A stretch of 64,000 nucleotides of DNA from a bacterium. Its GTDB lineage: Bacteria; Bacteroidota; Ignavibacteria; UBA10030. The stretch lies in the NCBI GenBank assembly GCA_043803945.1, contig JAZDJN010000016.1:64001-128000 (forward strand), in the 5' to 3' direction. The translations under genes and the position numbers were made by a program. Within the stretch, counting starts at the first letter, position 1, and every line of letters starts with the position of its first letter. Under the pieces are notes generated by a model, which did no database searches, had not been told where the DNA came from, and saw nothing but the letters and a program-made list of their open reading frames with translations. This document shows positions 62,071-64,000 of this stretch, piece by piece.

Positions 62071-62754
62071 ATGGCGACACAGTTCACACTATTTGGAGTG
62101 TACCATTGTTTCTTCATCGCACTGATCCTGTTTGTTCCGGCCCTTCTCACCAAATTATCTCTTGGATATACTTCACGTGTTAAGCATTTTCGATATTCTC
62201 TTGGTGGTGTCATCCTCGTCAATGAGCTTGCATGGTATTTCTATGTGTTTATTCAGGGATGGTTCAATTTTCCATACATGCTCCCAATTCATCTCTGCGA
62301 CATCGTCCTTTGGCTTACCGTTTATACATGCTTCACCAATAAATCCTGGTCGTTCGACATTATTTATTATTGGGGACTCGCGGGAACGAGCATGGCGGTG
62401 CTCACACCGGATATAACCTCTTCGGCATTTTCTTATCTCACACTGCGTTTCTTTCTTGCTCACGGTGGAATTCTGATCGCAATTCTCTTTCTTCTCTGGA
62501 GTAAGCAATCGCGTCCCCGGAAAGGGTCGCAGTGGAGAGCCTTCGGTTATCTTAATCTCTATGCACTTTTCATCGCCCTGTTTAATTATCTCTTTAGCGC
62601 AAACTATTTTTATCTCTGTGAAAAGCCTGCGGAATCATCTCTACTCGATTATTTAGGGCCATGGCCGATTTACATCTTTGCGGGCGAAGTTCTGGCGCTT
62701 GGATTCTTCTGGTTACTTGCGCTACCGTTTCGAAATCACAATAAACATTCATAG
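62071..62754 (+). CDS. YwaF/TIGR02206 membrane protein
   Basis: LPIHLCD, LTPD, FFLAH, NYFYL..KP...SLLDYLGPWP.Y. Confidence 0.85.
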   Translation: MATQFTLFGVYHCFFIALILFVPALLTKLSLGYTSRVKHFRYSLGGVILVNELAWYFYVFIQGWFNFPYMLPIHLCDIVLWLTVYTCFTNKSWSFDIIYYWGLAGTSMAVLTPDITSSAFSYLTLRFFLAHGGILIAILFLLWSKQSRPRKGSQWRAFGYLNLYALFIALFNYLFSANYFYLCEKPAESSLLDYLGPWPIYIFAGEVLALGFFWLLALPFRNHNKHS

Positions 62755-62849
62755 ACGATTCCACCCCCTTTCATCTACTAACAGGAAAAAAATAATAGAA
62801 GTGGCAGGAACGGAATTATCGTTGAATGATACTTCGTCCTTGTCTCGCC

Positions 62850-63036
62850 TGACTCATCCCCTAGCCCCTTCTCTTAATCAAGAGAAGGGGGATAGGGATC
62901 TCACTTTTTAAAAAGGCTTCACTCCCCCTTCTCTAATTTTTTTTAGAGAATGGGGTAAGGCCCGCTCCGCCGACCTGTACGCCGAAGTTCGAACAACAAA
63001 GGTGGAAGCAGTGGCGAGGCGGAGGGGGATGAGTCA
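62850..63036. repeat. Palindromic element with nested hairpins (CTCATCCCC...CCCTTCTCT...AGAGAAGGGG...GGGGATGAG)
   Basis: Terminal ctgactcatcccct / aggggatgagtcag with internal hairpins. Confidence 0.65.
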
Positions 63037-63066
63037 GAACAAAAATGCGGAACACAATCAAATCAC

Positions 63067-63355
63067 TATGTAGATTCCCGAAATCAGAAAGATTTCGGGA
63101 ATCTAACGAAAGATTTATTTTAAGTCCTGAACAAGACGAAAACCGAGGCCGAGGAGCGGGCTGTCTGGATAGTTCCTATTACGGTTAGCGGTTCGGAAGG
63201 GCATTATTTGGATTCCCCTGTATGTAGATTCCCGAAATCAGAAAGATTTCGGGAATCTAGCAAAAGATTTATTTTAAGTCCTGAACAAGACGAAAACCGA
63301 GGCAGTCGTTCTGGTCGACTGGAAAGCACTTATTACGGAGAGCCGAGCGGCAGTC
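63067..63355 (-). repeat. Two tandem 154-bp units, each an orphan DGR-type variable region + conserved 3' end + 15-bp hairpin
   Basis: Units encode FRTANRNRNYPDSPLLGLGFRLVQDLK* (stop 63115-17) and CRSALRNKCFPVDQNDCLGFRLVQDLK* (stop 63269-71); the 81-nt 3' part differs at 2 positions. Confidence 0.85.
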
Positions 63356-63424
63356 CCGCCAAAAAGCGTGGCGAGACTGCCGGACAATAAAAAAAAGTGT
63401 AAAGGATAAAAGGAAAAAGGGTAA

Positions 63425-64000
63425 CTAAAGAGTTCTCGAAAGACGAAAACCGTTATTGTTGGTCCTGTTGGGCGCGTAGTCTTTAATGCGAAACGCAACA
63501 CGACAACCGTCGGCGTCGCCGCCCCACGACCCGCCGCGAACAACCCGGGCCGAGCCACTGCTTGGTCCGGATGGATTTATCTGAGAACCGGAAGAGTACG
63601 CTCCATACCAATCCTGACACCATTCCCATACATGACCACTCATATCATAGATACCAAGCTCATTTGCAGTTTTTGCTCCGACTGTGTGTGTTGTGTTACC
63701 CGAATTTGAAGAAGACCACGCTACTGTATTTACTGTACGACCGCCGCTATAGGTAAACCCCTGACCTTTATTTCCACCCCGCGCTGCGAACTCCCACTCA
63801 GCTTCAGTTGGCAATCGGTATTTATTTGTGTTCTCCTTTTGATTGAGCTTCTGAATGAACTCCTGCACATCATTCCAGCTCACTTGTTCCACAGGCCGAT
63901 TATCTCCTTTGAAGTTGCTTGGGTTGTTACCCATTATGGTCTGCCATTGTGCTTGCGTCACCTCATACTTGCCAATGTAGAACGGCTTATTTATCGTTAC
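63425..64000 (-). CDS. FGE-sulfatase/SUMF1 (C-type lectin fold) protein, 5'-truncated by window; probable DGR target
   Basis: FYIGKYEVTQ, PVEQVSW, RLPTEAEWEFAARGG, YDMSGHVWEWC, VRGGSW...CRVAFR...NNNGFRL; frame open to the window end. Confidence 0.9.
   Translation of the reverse strand, partial: VTINKPFYIGKYEVTQAQWQTIMGNNPSNFKGDNRPVEQVSWNDVQEFIQKLNQKENTNKYRLPTEAEWEFAARGGNKGQGFTYSGGRTVNTVAWSSSNSGNTTHTVGAKTANELGIYDMSGHVWEWCQDWYGAYSSGSQINPSGPSSGSARVVRGGSWGGDADGCRVAFRIKDYAPNRTNNNGFRLSRTL

Noticed and set aside
63067-63355. CRISPR array interpretation of the 154-bp units
   Set aside because: Only two units, the repeat is too long, the 'spacers' are homologous coding sequence, and no cas genes are present.
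62755-64000. Complete DGR (RT, template repeat, Avd) in the window
   Set aside because: No reverse transcriptase ORF and no fully AAC-rich template is visible; only variable-region-like sequences.
1-64000. tRNA or rRNA genes
   Set aside because: None recognised by eye; tRNAscan-SE and barrnap were not run.

Overview
Bacterial chromosomal window, probably Ignavibacteria or a related Bacteroidota/Chlorobi lineage. The evidence is a T9SS-type C-terminal domain on an M28 peptidase, a Bacteroidota-like peptidoglycan-recycling operon and many intergenic palindromic repeats. Layout: (1) 3' part of pruA; (2) a ~10 kb defence island (1.3-11.5 kb) with an Eco57I-like N6-adenine methyltransferase, a PLD-SNF2 helicase interrupted by one in-frame TGA, a Panacea antitoxin plus PemK-like toxin inserted between them, a structured leader RNA, two orphan HicB genes and an MntA-HepT pair; (3) a Tat-signal FAD oxidoreductase; (4) a cell-wall recycling cluster; (5) TlpA/DsbD, serpin, GH47 and a RAYT remnant; (6) an acyl-CoA dehydratase activase pair, tryptophanase-like lyase and TrpB2; (7) housekeeping and regulatory genes (SulP, RsbU-like, folD, YmdB, ECF/anti-sigma, glnA, RND efflux); (8) at the right edge, an FGE/C-type-lectin-fold gene followed by two tandem orphan cassettes carrying the adenine-specific mutation signature of diversity-generating retroelement (DGR) variable regions. 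No RT or template repeat lies in the window. The strongest leads are these stacked DGR-type cassettes, the tetraloop-rich RNA upstream of the methyltransferase, and the toxin-antitoxin pair embedded in the MTase/helicase system. All family calls are from motif recognition by eye; no database search was run.
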